A program made the translations under genes and the position numbers. A stretch of 62,935 nt of DNA, filler included, from Rhabdomonas costata (taxonomy: Eukaryota), in NCBI GenBank assembly GCA_019059605.1. It is 51 parts of 51 records of this genome, joined end to end, with 100 filler letters (N's around TTAATTAATTAA, not from the genome) between each part and the next. Parts side by side here need not be neighbours in the genome. Positions count along the whole stretch, not along the records: positions 1 to 1,136 come from JAHMHO010026813.1; positions 1,237 to 2,372 come from JAHMHO010026814.1; positions 2,473 to 3,608 come from JAHMHO010026815.1; positions 3,709 to 4,844 come from JAHMHO010026816.1; positions 4,945 to 6,080 come from JAHMHO010026817.1; positions 6,181 to 7,315 come from JAHMHO010026818.1; positions 7,416 to 8,551 come from JAHMHO010026819.1; positions 8,652 to 9,787 come from JAHMHO010026820.1; 43 more parts are not named here. One strand, 5' to 3'. The notes beneath the pieces were generated by a model. That model worked only from the letters and a program-made list of their open reading frames with translations, was not told the origin of the DNA and searched no databases. Positions 1-11,558 of the stretch are shown here, piece after piece; the stretch's first letter is position 1; each line of letters begins with the position of its first letter.

Positions 1-47
1 TGTGTTACGTGTGTTTGGGGGTTGTGTGGGAATAAAGTAATTTTAGT

Positions 48-286
48 ATGTCCTCCACAATGCAGGATAAAACTAAAAAATATTATAGTTCGTTAATATA
101 AGGTGGGAGCACTGCACACTTTGTGATAAAGCTTTTAACTTATTTAAGAATGAACAAATTGTATGTGAGTACTGTAAAAACAATTTTTGTAGTCCTGAAT
201 GCGTTAATAATCATCTATGCAGAGAATGCACAGACCATCTCGTTGATATGTGCAAAGTGTTTTTGTTTTTAATGAGACAAAAATAA
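48..286 (+). pseudogene. Frameshifted small Cys-rich (CxxC) protein, virus-like
   Basis: The frame of 101 reads WEHCTLCDKAF...VCEYCKNNFCSPECVNNHLCRECTDH...RQK* (TAA 284-286). ATG 48 is in another frame and a TAG lies at 86-88 in the Cys-rich frame. Confidence 0.5.
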
Positions 287-325
287 ACATTCAAATATAT
301 AAAATAAAAATATATAATTATTATA

Positions 326-647
326 ATGGAAATTTATGATAAAAATTCAAATTGCCTTAACATATGAATTTAAAAGGGAGCAAAAAAAAAGAATGATTGA
401 TAAGGAACTGTATTATCAAAAATTTACTGTAAAAATTGAGGACATTTGAACAGATCAAGACATTGAAGATTATGTTCATCAATTGAACCGTGATATTGCA
501 TATGATGCAATGCGACGAATTAACAACACAAACTTTAAAGCGAAAGAGTTTATTAAGGACAAATAACAGAAGACAGAGCAAATAACAGGCGTTTCTATGG
601 GTATTTGTAAATGTTCATATGAATTTATCCAACAAGTTGAAGCTTAA
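326..647 (+). pseudogene. Disrupted small AT-rich viral-type gene
   Basis: ATG 326 follows AAAATAAAAATATATAATTATTATA. Removing one A from the 341-345 run gives MEIYDKIQIALTYEFKREQKKRMIDKELYY..., with in-frame TGA 447 and TAA 564 and final TAA 645-647. Confidence 0.55.
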
Positions 648-681
648 AAAATTAAAATAAAAAATATTGTATTATTATATA

Positions 682-944
682 ATGTTAGTAATTCATTGCC
701 CAGACTGTAACAAATGCTGCAACATAAACGACAGCTTTATTGCACAACATGTAAAGTAAGATACTGTTTTCATTGTACATCGGTCTATATGATCGATAAT
801 AAAGAATTTAAAATATTTTCAGATAAACATGCATCAGAAGATAGCCAAATAATCGGTTATAATTATAGACGACCTCCAACATCTGATTCAGTGAGAAGAT
901 TTGAACAATATGAGCGTGAATACACCGTTTTAAAAGAAAATTGA
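682..944 (+). pseudogene. Frameshifted zinc-finger-like small protein, virus-like
   Basis: MLVIHCPDCNKCCNINDSF from ATG 682 joins YCTTCKVRYCFHCTS...KEN* through a 1-nt shift near 735. Upstream motif is the same AT-rich ...TATAATG type as the 326 gene. Confidence 0.6.
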
Positions 945-1013
945 AGCGTTAATGAGCAGATTTATAAAAAAGTTTGATGATCTGAATAATTTATAAAATG
1001 TAATATCAAATAT

Positions 1014-1136
1014 TTATAATTTAATTTTTCAACAACCATTACAACAGTTAGTACAGTTAGTACATTTATTCATTAGGGTATAGCTATAAGGTTCTCGCGA
1101 TATGTAAGTTGTGTCTTTAACTCGTTTATCACACAA
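1014..1136 (-). pseudogene. 3' end of a convergent Cys-rich small gene
   Basis: Reads LCDKRVKDTTYISREPYSYTLMNKCTNCTNCCNGC*KIKL*; truncated by the contig end. Confidence 0.35.
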
Positions 1137-1236
1137 NNNNNNNNNNNNNNNNNNNNNNNNNNNNNNNNNNNNNNNNNNNNTTAATTAATTAANNNNNNNN
1201 NNNNNNNNNNNNNNNNNNNNNNNNNNNNNNNNNNNN
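1137..1236. other. Artificial contig linker (first of about 50, roughly every 1,236 nt)
   Basis: 44 N + TTAATTAATTAA (stops in all six frames) + 44 N, repeated identically through the window. Confidence 0.99.
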
Positions 1237-1863
1237 AGCAGCCGCAGCCACACGACCCGTTCCCGGGTTTGAGTTGTCGAGTGGGGTGACAGACGGCGGT
1301 TCTTTGCTGCGGAGTGGAGGAGGGACGAATGCGGGGGCAATTGGACCAGGTACAGCAGCGGCCTTCTTTCCCTTCCTCTTGACTGGAGGGTCCTGCTGCG
1401 TCTCTGGCACTGTGTCGGTGAGAAGAGCTGTTGTCGCCGCCAGAGGGGAGGAGACTGCGGCAGCAGCGGTTACACGGGCACCTCCCTCGTCGAAGGCCGA
1501 ATTTGAGCCAGAATTCGTTGCGCTGTCAGGTTTAGGCCAAGCAGCTTCCTGAACAGTACCCCACTGATTTTCTGTTCCCTTGCCGCTCGAAGTTGAGGAA
1601 GTGGGGGTTGGCACACTTCCGCAGGACTTCTGTGTCCACTGCATCTGGGGACAAGAATCAAATGAACTGGAGTTGGGCGTCCAGCGGGAAGGTTTGCCAG
1701 AATCTGCTGCCATTCCAATCGCAGAGACAGAAGGATTCCTGTGAAAAGATGGCAATTCTTGCCTCGACAGTTTACAAGTGTTGCGTGACAGTGGCATGAG
1801 CAAGAGACACACCCAGACGCTTTTGGAGGCACAATTTCCGGAGCAACTGCCTGGAAAAAGCAT
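1237..1863 (-). CDS. Possible low-complexity Ser/Pro/Ala-rich protein fragment
   Basis: Open for over 200 codons to the contig edge, with a KRKGKK basic patch; no domain recognised. Confidence 0.3.
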
Positions 1864-3919
1864 TCAGAGCATCGCCAATGAGATAGAAAAAGAAAGACAA
1901 CGAAAATTAGTGAAACAAACCGCCGGCGTTCCAGTAGAAGAAACTTCGGAAACACAGTAGGCCGTTGGCCAACTTTGTGGCCGACCAGTGATCTTCTGTT
2001 AAAGGAAACAACAAGAAATATGGTAATGGTATGCAAGCAAACAAGTTGGGGGCTTATTTTTTGAAAGCTCGCCATTGCACCCCCCGTTCTTATTGCTCAA
2101 AAGAATCGCGCTGGTAACTGAAACGCGAAAGAAAGGTGAAGAAAGACGTCTTCCAATAACAACTTGAAAAAACCTAAAATGCACCTAAAGAGGCAAATCA
2201 TTCGCATCTTTGACTCCTATCCCCCTCGTGGGTCAAACAAAAACTGCGCACGTACCGTGCGCCTATCTCAACATCGACCGAAGGGAGGGGGGGGGCGACC
2301 CAAAAGTAATTTCATGAATTCTGCCTAATTTGCCCCCCCCCCTTCCTATTTTGGGCTACTACCACCAAAAAANNNNNNNNNNNNNNNNNNNNNNNNNNNN
2401 NNNNNNNNNNNNNNNNTTAATTAATTAANNNNNNNNNNNNNNNNNNNNNNNNNNNNNNNNNNNNNNNNNNNNAAGTCACAGTGAAGAGGAAGCCCATATC
2501 TGGCCTTTTAGCATTGCTTCTCTAAAGGAAATGTGCTGTGGGATTTGCGAGTAATGCTGACCTTATTTTTTTATGGCCAAGTTTGTGCCTCGACTTGGCG
2601 TCTGCAAGTACTCGATTCGAAATTGCAGTTAAATACATCGGACAGGCTGAAAATGCGTGGCTTTCAGGATTTTTTCTCATGGTTTGGGAGGGATCGCGTA
2701 ATTCCCTCTTCGCAATTGGGACGCGCAAAAGCGCGTCGATTTTTGTGCGTTCTGTTATCCTATTCGTCACGAGCGAAATACTCCCGACTTAGGTGATTAT
2801 GTGCTTCTGAGGACTCAATAACGACACTTAATTATGAGCCCAAAGTGGAAAGATCTCAGTGAGCAGCAGCCTTGTGGCGGCCTGGCATCTGGGCAATGAG
2901 TTTATGGGGTGAGGCTTTTGGGGTAATCGTTCTCTGATCATTTTGGAAGGGTTGGTTTGCAAAAGGGAGCAAATTAGCAAAGAAGGGACTTACACACGCA
3001 CAGCACCTGGGCTGGCCCATTTCCGGATCCTGGCTGATAATCTAGGGCGAGGCTTCTGTTGGATCACTCTGCCTTCATACAAAATGGATTCCTTCTGGGG
3101 ATTCCAGCTTGCATTCACGCTCAATTTTCGGCTCAAGAGTCGGCTGCGGTGGACAAAAATGAAGTAAGATGGGAAGGGTTTTGTATGAGAAGGCGCTTCC
3201 CCTTTCCCGTCCATCTTTCCTTTGTGGAGGAAACGATCAAGTACTTGCACTTGCGGAAGTCGGCTTGTGCGTGGAGGTAGGGCACAGATGTCTGTAGGTT
3301 TGAGTGTCGGGGCCCGTGTCCCTTTATCTTCTCCCTTTCCCAATTTCACAGCCTTTTCTTCCTCTTGTGCGCGCACAATCACCTCCTCCCCTTTGTACAA
3401 GTTTACGCTCATACAAGCCATCTCCCCCCTCAGCCCTTCTCGTCACCCCCTTCGACACCGTCGCTGCGAGTGTGCCTTGGAGTGTGCCCTGAGACTTTGT
3501 ACTTTTCCACTTTAGCTACTTCTCGTACTGAGGGGATTCTCACCGATGGCAGCAACCTACGTCTCCCCTAACTATCATCAGGTGAATCCCCCCCCTGCCC
3601 GCCCTCCCNNNNNNNNNNNNNNNNNNNNNNNNNNNNNNNNNNNNNNNNNNNNTTAATTAATTAANNNNNNNNNNNNNNNNNNNNNNNNNNNNNNNNNNNN
3701 NNNNNNNNCTCACACCCGCCCTTGGAGGGTCTTGTCGTGCTCCCCTCTTGAGGCGGTGGGCGATGTTCCGTCGGGCTTGCGACCTGCCAGGAGGGAGACC
3801 ACTGCGCGAGGAGGGCGCCAAACGATGGCGGGTGGCGTGACCAGCACATCGGGTTCATCGCCACCGAAGTCGAAGGCATCTCTGAAAAGTGGTCAATTTT
3901 CTATTTCGACGCAATTCCC

Positions 3920-3988
3920 CTAATTCTAGTCTAATTCTAATTCACCTAATTCTAGTCTAATTCTAATTCCCCTAATTCTAATCCTAGT
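3920..3988. repeat. Short tandem repeat, 26-bp unit x about 2.5
   Basis: CTAATTCTAGTCTAATTCTAATTC(A/C)C repeated. Confidence 0.85.
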
Positions 3989-5579
3989 GGTAACCATTTT
4001 CAACAAGTGTTTAAAGAGCAGCTTCCACAAAATCAACCAATCATAAACTCATTAACATTCACACATCATTAACATCATTTGACCATTAACCTTGCCAAAC
4101 TTTGCTAAGAATGGTTTATTTCATGTGACCCCTTACCAGTGGTTTCCGTTCGCATGCGGAGATGTCAGAAGCTTTGTAAGAGTGACACAGAGACTGGCAG
4201 ACAAAGTCTTATCAGATGTAAGACCAATGAGACAAAAACGCACAAGATGCACGTAATACAGAAAGTGAGATGAGATACGAGCGAAGCGAGAGGAGTCGTT
4301 GCACGGCTGCGTGGATCGGCTGCCGTTTTCGCCGTCACCCCACTTCTCAAAATCGTATCAAACGGTTTCAGTCGATTTTACAGCCCCAACATGTATTAGT
4401 CTTTCCAGGCTCCAGATGCGACCCCCTCCGCGACCTCAGATAGGGGGGTTAGGGAAAAAGGCCGCAGAATCCTTAATCCAAAGGTGTGTCCTATAATCTG
4501 ATGACTTTATGGGTTCGCTGTATGCTTGGCCATTTCATTCCCTGGCATAGGGCCAGCAGGAAAATCATGAGCCACTCCCAAGAGTAACCAGCAACTGTCC
4601 TGGCACTTTGGCCTCTTGTGTTGCACCAGAGAGACAGATAGTGGCAATTCTCTACAAGTCCAACAACTAACAACAATTCTATGTGGCATCGTCAACCGCA
4701 TCCATTTTCAAAAATCAGGTGTGCATTTGGTGAGTGCTTTACACGCCATTCGACGGTCACAACCCTCTTCCTCTATACCGGTACGCCGCTGTCCATTCGT
4801 GCTCTGTGATGAATCGCTTTCTTCCGTTTCAGCTAACACACAACNNNNNNNNNNNNNNNNNNNNNNNNNNNNNNNNNNNNNNNNNNNNTTAATTAATTAA
4901 NNNNNNNNNNNNNNNNNNNNNNNNNNNNNNNNNNNNNNNNNNNNTATGAGCAATGCATCCCCAAAAAGGGCCTTCTTATTGGCAGTGTGATATGCAGTAG
5001 CGAGCTTGCTGGCATTTGCAAATTTGCTTTTTGCAAGCGCTCTGATTTTTTTTCACTTCATGTGATGTGTCGAAAACTTGCACAAGTAACCTCCTTTTCC
5101 CTCTTTCCCTTTTAAACTCAGACATGACCATACCATAAAGGTCACTTCAGAGACCATAGTTCACGGGGGGTGAGAGCGACACGGCGCAGCGAGAAATATT
5201 GATAGAAAAGGGCGTGCGGGTGGGGAGCCCATTTGTGATTTGAGTCTTCCTGAGAAAAGCTGACCCTTGCAAAATGCACCGTATAAGTGTGCAACGGCCA
5301 TTGCCACCTTCGGTCTGTGGCCTGGCAACTGGCGCACTGGCTCTGCATCTGCCTGTTGCATATGAAAGCAGGAATTGCATTTTCACTTTTTGGATCCCAT
5401 CTCTGTAACCCCTCCATCCGTTGCATCTCGTCTTTTCTCCTGCTTTGGCTTCTTTGCCTCCACCCCTGTGGCCTTTTCTTTCATCTGTAAACTCCACACA
5501 CACCATGACATGAGTCTCATGCGCGCGCTTGTGTGTGTGGCATGGGTGCGGTGTGTGGTGTGCTTAGTACGTGAGAGAG

Positions 5580-5896
5580 GCTCCTCCGTGGCCCCTTCCC
5601 CGGAGTCCTCAGTGCAGCTCACCACCGCTGCGGCGCAGTGCTACCTGGTGTTTGCTGTGGTGACTCTTGTCGGGATGTACTTCCTGGTCAAGCTGTACCC
5701 CCACCTAGTGGTGCTGGTGCTGATCGGGGTGTTCTGCGTTGCCGGCGCCACCAGTGCTCAGATTGTGATGATGGAGCCCGTGGTGAGCTGGGCCCTGCCC
5801 CGCTTGGCAACCGCGAAGACTACCCTGCTGGGGCTGTTCCAGGACAGCCCGGTGTCTTGGTCCTCTTTGGTGGCTTTGGTCTTCTCTGTCTCCCTG
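5580..5896 (+). CDS. Exon of signal peptide peptidase-like (SPPL, peptidase A22B) membrane protein
   Basis: GC3-rich exon VQLTTAAAQCYLVFAVVTLVGMYFLVKLYPHLVVLVLIGVFCVAGATS... resembles the N-terminal TM helices of SPPL2; GT donor at 5897. Confidence 0.6.
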
Positions 5897-6810
5897 GTGT
5901 GTGATGCGCGTGGGTGCATGTGGGTGGGCGCGCGCATGATTCTGCAAGAAAACGCAAGAGGCACATCAATACGGGTGTCCTGTGGCATTTATTTAGAATT
6001 GCCTGAAAGAAAGAAGTTCATCAGGTGTGCATAAGATGACCGTTACCCAAAAGCAGGCCGCAAGTTGTAGAACCACCAACNNNNNNNNNNNNNNNNNNNN
6101 NNNNNNNNNNNNNNNNNNNNNNNNTTAATTAATTAANNNNNNNNNNNNNNNNNNNNNNNNNNNNNNNNNNNNNNNNNNNNGGGGGGGTGTGGTTAAAAAC
6201 TCTCAGTGTACGGTGTAGCCTGCTATATTTAATTTATTATAAAAATAGTATTTAATATTCTAATTAGTTAACTGTTAATTATTTTTCAAAGGTGAGATGT
6301 AAAGGATACCTCTTCCGACGCAATCCCGCACGGGGGAACGTTAAACGTTTGGCAGTGCTACACGGTCATAATTTTTACAACCCTACCCCCTATAAATATA
6401 AGTCGCAAATTCCATTCCCCCATAATGTCTGTCTAGCGGGGGGGACAGCAGTATGTCGATTCGCAATAACCCGAACCCAAAACGCATCAAGCCCTCAAGC
6501 GACCGATTCGGTGAAGCTTGGCACCCCATGGCACGTCCCTTGGCACCCGCACAGGCCGTACCGCGAACTGGCATCCTCCCCTGAAAGAATCCTGTCCCCC
6601 TGGTATGTCAATGCCTTGTTCCGCAATTCCAAACATCCAAAAATGCTATATAAAAAAAGAGCACAGCAGCGCTGAACGTTAAGCTGCGAATGTCTGACGC
6701 CCCCCCCTACCCTAAAGAATTCACGTGGCTCCGGTCAGCTTCTGTAAGCGCTAAAGTCTCAACGGTCTGGCCCACTCACAAAAAAAACGAGCAGGGGAGA
6801 GGCACTGTAC

Positions 6811-6957
6811 CGGGTCCACAGGGACGTTGATCCCGCGGTAGAGCTGTCCACTGAGGGCAACCGGAGGAAGCCGCGCCAGGGTTTGGTCCAAGTGCACCAC
6901 GAAGTCTTGAAAGTACACCAGCTCCTCCTTCGTGTTCGTCCGCAGGGCCAAGTTGGC
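6811..6957 (-). CDS. Exon of an ADP-ribosyltransferase (ART)-like domain
   Basis: AG/GT-bounded 147-nt exon ANLALRTNTKEELVYFQDFVVHLDQTLARLPPVALSGQLYRGINVPVDP, with N-x-x-LR helix and LYRG strand of R-S-E-type ARTs. Confidence 0.7.
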
Positions 6958-8651
6958 CTGTTCGGTGAGTTAAAGCTGACTGAGTGGAAGCTAGGGTGAA
7001 CTTTGAGTTGAGCCGCTGACTGCTCTGACGTTTGTAAATCGTTCAAAAGCTGAATTGCATGCCTCTCGAATCTTGGGAAAGTGCCCCCCCCCGGCCAACC
7101 ACAACCCCGCACTATGTGGTCTAACCTTCGTAGTTCAGGGTTGCAGGTGCTTTAGAGGGTGGCGCTGGCGATGCAAGATCGAAGCGTGCTTCACCAGGAG
7201 TCCATTCGCTGCTTTTCTCAAAAACCACCACATATACAGACACCTAACCACCCACCCATTGACCCACACCCACACAGGCATCCACAGGACCCACACCTAC
7301 ATCCACGCACCCTCTNNNNNNNNNNNNNNNNNNNNNNNNNNNNNNNNNNNNNNNNNNNNTTAATTAATTAANNNNNNNNNNNNNNNNNNNNNNNNNNNNN
7401 NNNNNNNNNNNNNNNGGGGTGGTGGGCAGGGAGATCCGTGACAGGTTGCAGACACCCAAAGACCTGACTCTGGGGTGAAGATCTTCTGTTGAACTCCCGC
7501 GATGGAGCGCGGCAAAAGAAAAACCCCACAAAAAAGGACAAAAGAATGCACAAAAAGTGACACAAGGAGGATTTGTGTATGTATTTTTTTTTGTGTGTGT
7601 GTGTGTTGTGTGCGGGTGGGGGTGCGTTCACCACAGAGGGTGAATGGTGGGTCCTGGGCTTTTCCTGTGGGAGTTGCATAACAGTTCCGAAAGGTCGCTG
7701 TTGCCAAGGAACTAATGCAAAATGAAGACGGGGATGCCCAGCAGCAGTATGGTATGGTTTTCGTCACAGCAAGCGGTAAGCGGTGACGGAGGTTTTTTGC
7801 CTTTGAAAGTTCTTCACATGAGCATATGCATTTCGTCGGGTTTCTTCCGAGAAAAACCAGAAAAACTGAAGAAAAAAAAGGGGGGGGGGCAACATACACG
7901 GGAGAGAGGAGAGAGAACAGAAACGGTGACGACTGGCAGGGACAAGCTCAGAGATCACGACACAAGCGCCTGCAAGGACTAAAGCGGACAAGTTTCCTGG
8001 GCACATGTGCGCTGGACGGAAGCAGCGAAATGGCGGTAATCCGCCGCATCGGGGATGGGGGGCATCACTGCGGGCAGTAGGGATGCTATACGGATACACA
8101 AGGGTGCGCACACAATAATCCAGGGTACTCGTAGCGCAGGTACAGCGGAGGACAAATATAACAAAGGAGCAGCAGCAGTGGGAAGCACTATGACGGTTAC
8201 TACAGCAAGTGGTGAACTACGTTTGTTCGCATTTGACTGTTTTCCATCTCTAGGAGCCCCACAACATTTCCATTTCCTCGGAATTCTTCCGCAAACGTGA
8301 AAAATGGAAAACGTACAGGGCAGAGAGGACAAAGCGGAAAAAGCACGGGAAGACAGGCACCGTGCAGAGCGCTGTACACTGCAGAGACACCTGGGCCAGA
8401 AAACACCTGGAAAAAACTTTTCACAGCCATACGCAAAACACAAAATATCAGTGCAATGGTGCAGACAAGGGGTTGTGGCGTCAGTTTTTTTTCGCTATTC
8501 AACTGGCGACCAACCCCACGACAACGGAACGGGAGAAATTCCCCACACACCNNNNNNNNNNNNNNNNNNNNNNNNNNNNNNNNNNNNNNNNNNNNTTAAT
8601 TAATTAANNNNNNNNNNNNNNNNNNNNNNNNNNNNNNNNNNNNNNNNNNNN

Positions 8652-9787
8652 GCCCGGTCGTAGATAACTTTTCCCTCCTTGAACGTTCTCACTATCTGGA
8701 TTTCGCTGATTTGGTCGGGTGCGACATTGAGGGGATTCCGGTCAAGCATAACAAGGTCAGCCAACTTTCCGATCTCCAGGCTGCCTTTAGTCTTCTCCTC
8801 TTTAAGCTCGTGCGCGGCGTGGATGGTCACTGCCTTCAGAGCGTCGTAGACTGACACCCGCTGGTCAGGCCCGATGACACGGCCGGAGCGAGTGGTGCGG
8901 TTTACTCCAGCACTGACCAAGAGCATACTGGACGGAGTGGCAGAGATTGGCGCATCGTGGTTGAAGGTGAAGGGCAAGCCTCTCGACACAAGCCACTGGA
9001 TTGGCATGGCATCCCTGGCTCGGTCCTCGCCCCACAGATTCACTGCAGTGTCCCCACCTGAAACAAGGCTTGGAGTGGTGAATGATGGGATCCCGCGAAG
9101 TTTCCCCAGCTCATCCACCTGGTCCGCTCTGAGACAGGACGCATGGGCGAACACAGGGCGATGGTCCCACATTCCATGCTTCTTTATCACCTTGTGGAAG
9201 GCCTTCAAGGCCTGGTCGGCGGCCGCATCCCCATTTATGTTCAGATGAATCTGGAGATTGCTCGTCCAGAACTGCTCAAAGCCCCGGTCCAGAACCTCAT
9301 CAGAGATTTGTTGGACTCCAGAGTACTCACCCTCCTGCCCTGTGGGGTTGTGCGCATAGGGTTGGGTCATCCACGCATTTTCAAGGCACCCGTCAAGCCA
9401 GAACTTCACACCCCCTAGTCTGACGCGATTGATGTACCTCTTGTCCAGGTCAGGGTGAAGGGCAAGCAGCCTACGGGAGGTGGCACTTGCCCCAGAGTCG
9501 ACCGCCTGTGTCGCTGTTTCTGCAACCGCGCAGACATACAAGTCCAGGGGAAGGAGGTTTTTGTTGATTGCATTCACCACAATGTCCACATCCTCCGCAT
9601 CGAGCCCCATCCCGCACTCCATGGCAGTGGTGTGTCCATGACTTGTCCACAGGTGACTGCTTTGCTGAACTACACGGTCAGCCAACGCTCCTGCGAATGG
9701 CGGCCGCTTAGCTTGGACAATGCTGAGCGCCGATTGCTCCATTGGCCCGGTGAGCGTTTTGGTATCAGGGCCACGAGCAAACCACAC
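8652..9787 (-). CDS. Amidohydrolase-3 / YtcJ-like metal-dependent hydrolase (partial, intronless)
   Basis: Open across the whole contig; motifs GVKFWLDG, NGDAAAD, DHRPVFAH, HDAP, ALKAVTIHAA, KGSLEIGKLADLVMLDRNPL, TFKEGKVIY. Confidence 0.92.
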
Positions 9788-10034
9788 NNNNNNNNNNNNN
9801 NNNNNNNNNNNNNNNNNNNNNNNNNNNNNNNTTAATTAATTAANNNNNNNNNNNNNNNNNNNNNNNNNNNNNNNNNNNNNNNNNNNNGTGGGGTTGGGTT
9901 TTGGCCTTTGGTTGGGAGTTTGGAGGTATTTAGGGGAGGTTTTGCGGACTGGTGGGGAGGTCATGGTGCAGCGCACAGCGTGATCGACAAGGCCGAAGAA
10001 TTGGTTGGTAATGACCTTTTTTTTTTGCCCACAG

Positions 10035-10303
10035 GTACTTCGCGCAGGACTTGGTGGTTATTCTGGTGTGTCTGTGTGTACGTGTGTTCGTGCCAGGGTG
10101 TTTCCGCTTCTCAATTGGAAGGGATGATGAGGTTTGGTCTGGGGGCCTGGAGTTAGAGGGTACACCCCCTTGGCACATCTCTGCCAGCGATGCAAGTGCC
10201 AACAACAAGTGCATGAACCTGCTCGTGAAGAGATAGATAAAATGTGCAGAAAGGGGCTTGTGGAAGCTTGCCCATGCACGACGCACCGTCACACCCGGCA
10301 GGC

Positions 10304-10348
<45 letters not shown>

Positions 10349-10544
10349 TGTGTGTGTGGCCGACGCACAGGTGTGGCAGGTGCCGTACTGGACGCAGTTC
10401 GCGGTGCACCACACCGTGGCGGCGCTGCCGTACTGCGTGTACCTGCTGGCGGACTGCCCGTTTGGCACGGACGTGCTGGCGCTGTTCCTGTGCGTCGAGC
10501 TCTCCACGCTGCCCCTCAACGCGCAGGCCTTCCTGGAGCAGACC
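10035..10544 (+). CDS. TLC (TRAM/LAG1/CLN8) domain membrane protein; exons 10035-10065 and 10371-10544
   Basis: Spliced YFAQDLVVIL|VWQVPYWTQFAVHHTVAAL...FLCVELSTLPLN carries the YF-x-x-D, HH and E-x-ST-x-x-x-N TLC motifs; phase-compatible GT-AG intron. Confidence 0.8.
10308..10358. repeat. (GT)n microsatellite in intron
   Basis: Directly visible dinucleotide run. Confidence 0.95.
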
Positions 10545-11458
10545 GTATGCCCGTGAAGACCCCCACCCCACAACCACCACTCAAATACTCCCACATTCGC
10601 CAGCCAACGCCAGCGACCCAAGCATTAAACGGATGAGCAGCACCTCGTGGCACGCCCGTGACAGTGGACTGGAAAGTAAAGCGTATACCCCTATAAAGCT
10701 ACCATCGATATCAACCGGCGCCGTGCCGCATGTGCTCTTTTGATAGGGTCTTGATAGAGGATTGGAGTCCTTTTCCTAGGGAATCCTGCACTGCCTCGTA
10801 ACCCATGGTGCCACTACTATTCTCCCCAAAAATATCGAAGACAGTAAAGTTGTCTGTAGCAAACCACGCGCAGGGCTACCTGTCATCAGCTCAACGTAGG
10901 ACAAGTCCAGAAATCTTCGCATCCTGTTGCGAGTCGAGGTCGGCACGTGATCGCAAGCATTGTCTCCGTTGCGGAGGCGGCTCTGGGTTACCTGCCACAG
11001 CCCTCCCCCGGTTACCTCCCCCAACCACANNNNNNNNNNNNNNNNNNNNNNNNNNNNNNNNNNNNNNNNNNNNTTAATTAATTAANNNNNNNNNNNNNNN
11101 NNNNNNNNNNNNNNNNNNNNNNNNNNNNNGTGGTGGGTGTGTTTGGTGGGGGGTTGTCCTTTTTGCCGAGAGTTGCCTTTATTCTAACGCTAATAGAGAG
11201 CAGTGGTAGACCGTGATGTGGATTCCAACCGGTTTTGGGTTACTCCTGACATTGTTTACCATTGTTTACCCTTCACACCTAGCTCAGAATGAGGGTGGGG
11301 TGACTTTCCAACTTTTTCATTGTTTTGGTGTTCCAGCGCGCTTGAGCATTTACACTGTATGGTGTGCCCCCTATCAGCTCATCTCTCTCACATATCTTTC
11401 GTAGTAGGAAGTGGGAAGGGCCCCCCAAAGGTCTTTAAAACGTGACTGTTCACCCCAG

Positions 11459-11558
11459 ATCACCACTGTGGATCTCTTCATGGCGGCGGAAAAACTCGGC
11501 ACCCTGGCCATGCTTGTGGTTGACCGCGGCGATGGCTCCATTTCCAACGTGCTTTTCG
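11459..11558 (+). CDS. Internal exon, unknown protein
   Basis: AG/GT-bounded GC3-rich ITTVDLFMAAEKLGTLAMLVVDRGDGSISNVLF. Confidence 0.5.

Noticed and set aside
1-30. G/T-rich starts and C/A-rich ends on nearly every contig, resembling telomeric repeats
   Set aside because: No fixed unit and present on viral-like and host contigs alike; best explained as low-complexity library tails (inference)
326-647. In-frame TGA and TAA read as an alternative genetic code
   Set aside because: Frameshifts co-occur, and neighbouring genes end at TAA and TGA; decay or error is simpler
2473-3608. Trp-rich broken frames possibly from a LINE ORF2 end or tyrosine recombinase
   Set aside because: No complete diagnostic motif could be reconstructed by eye
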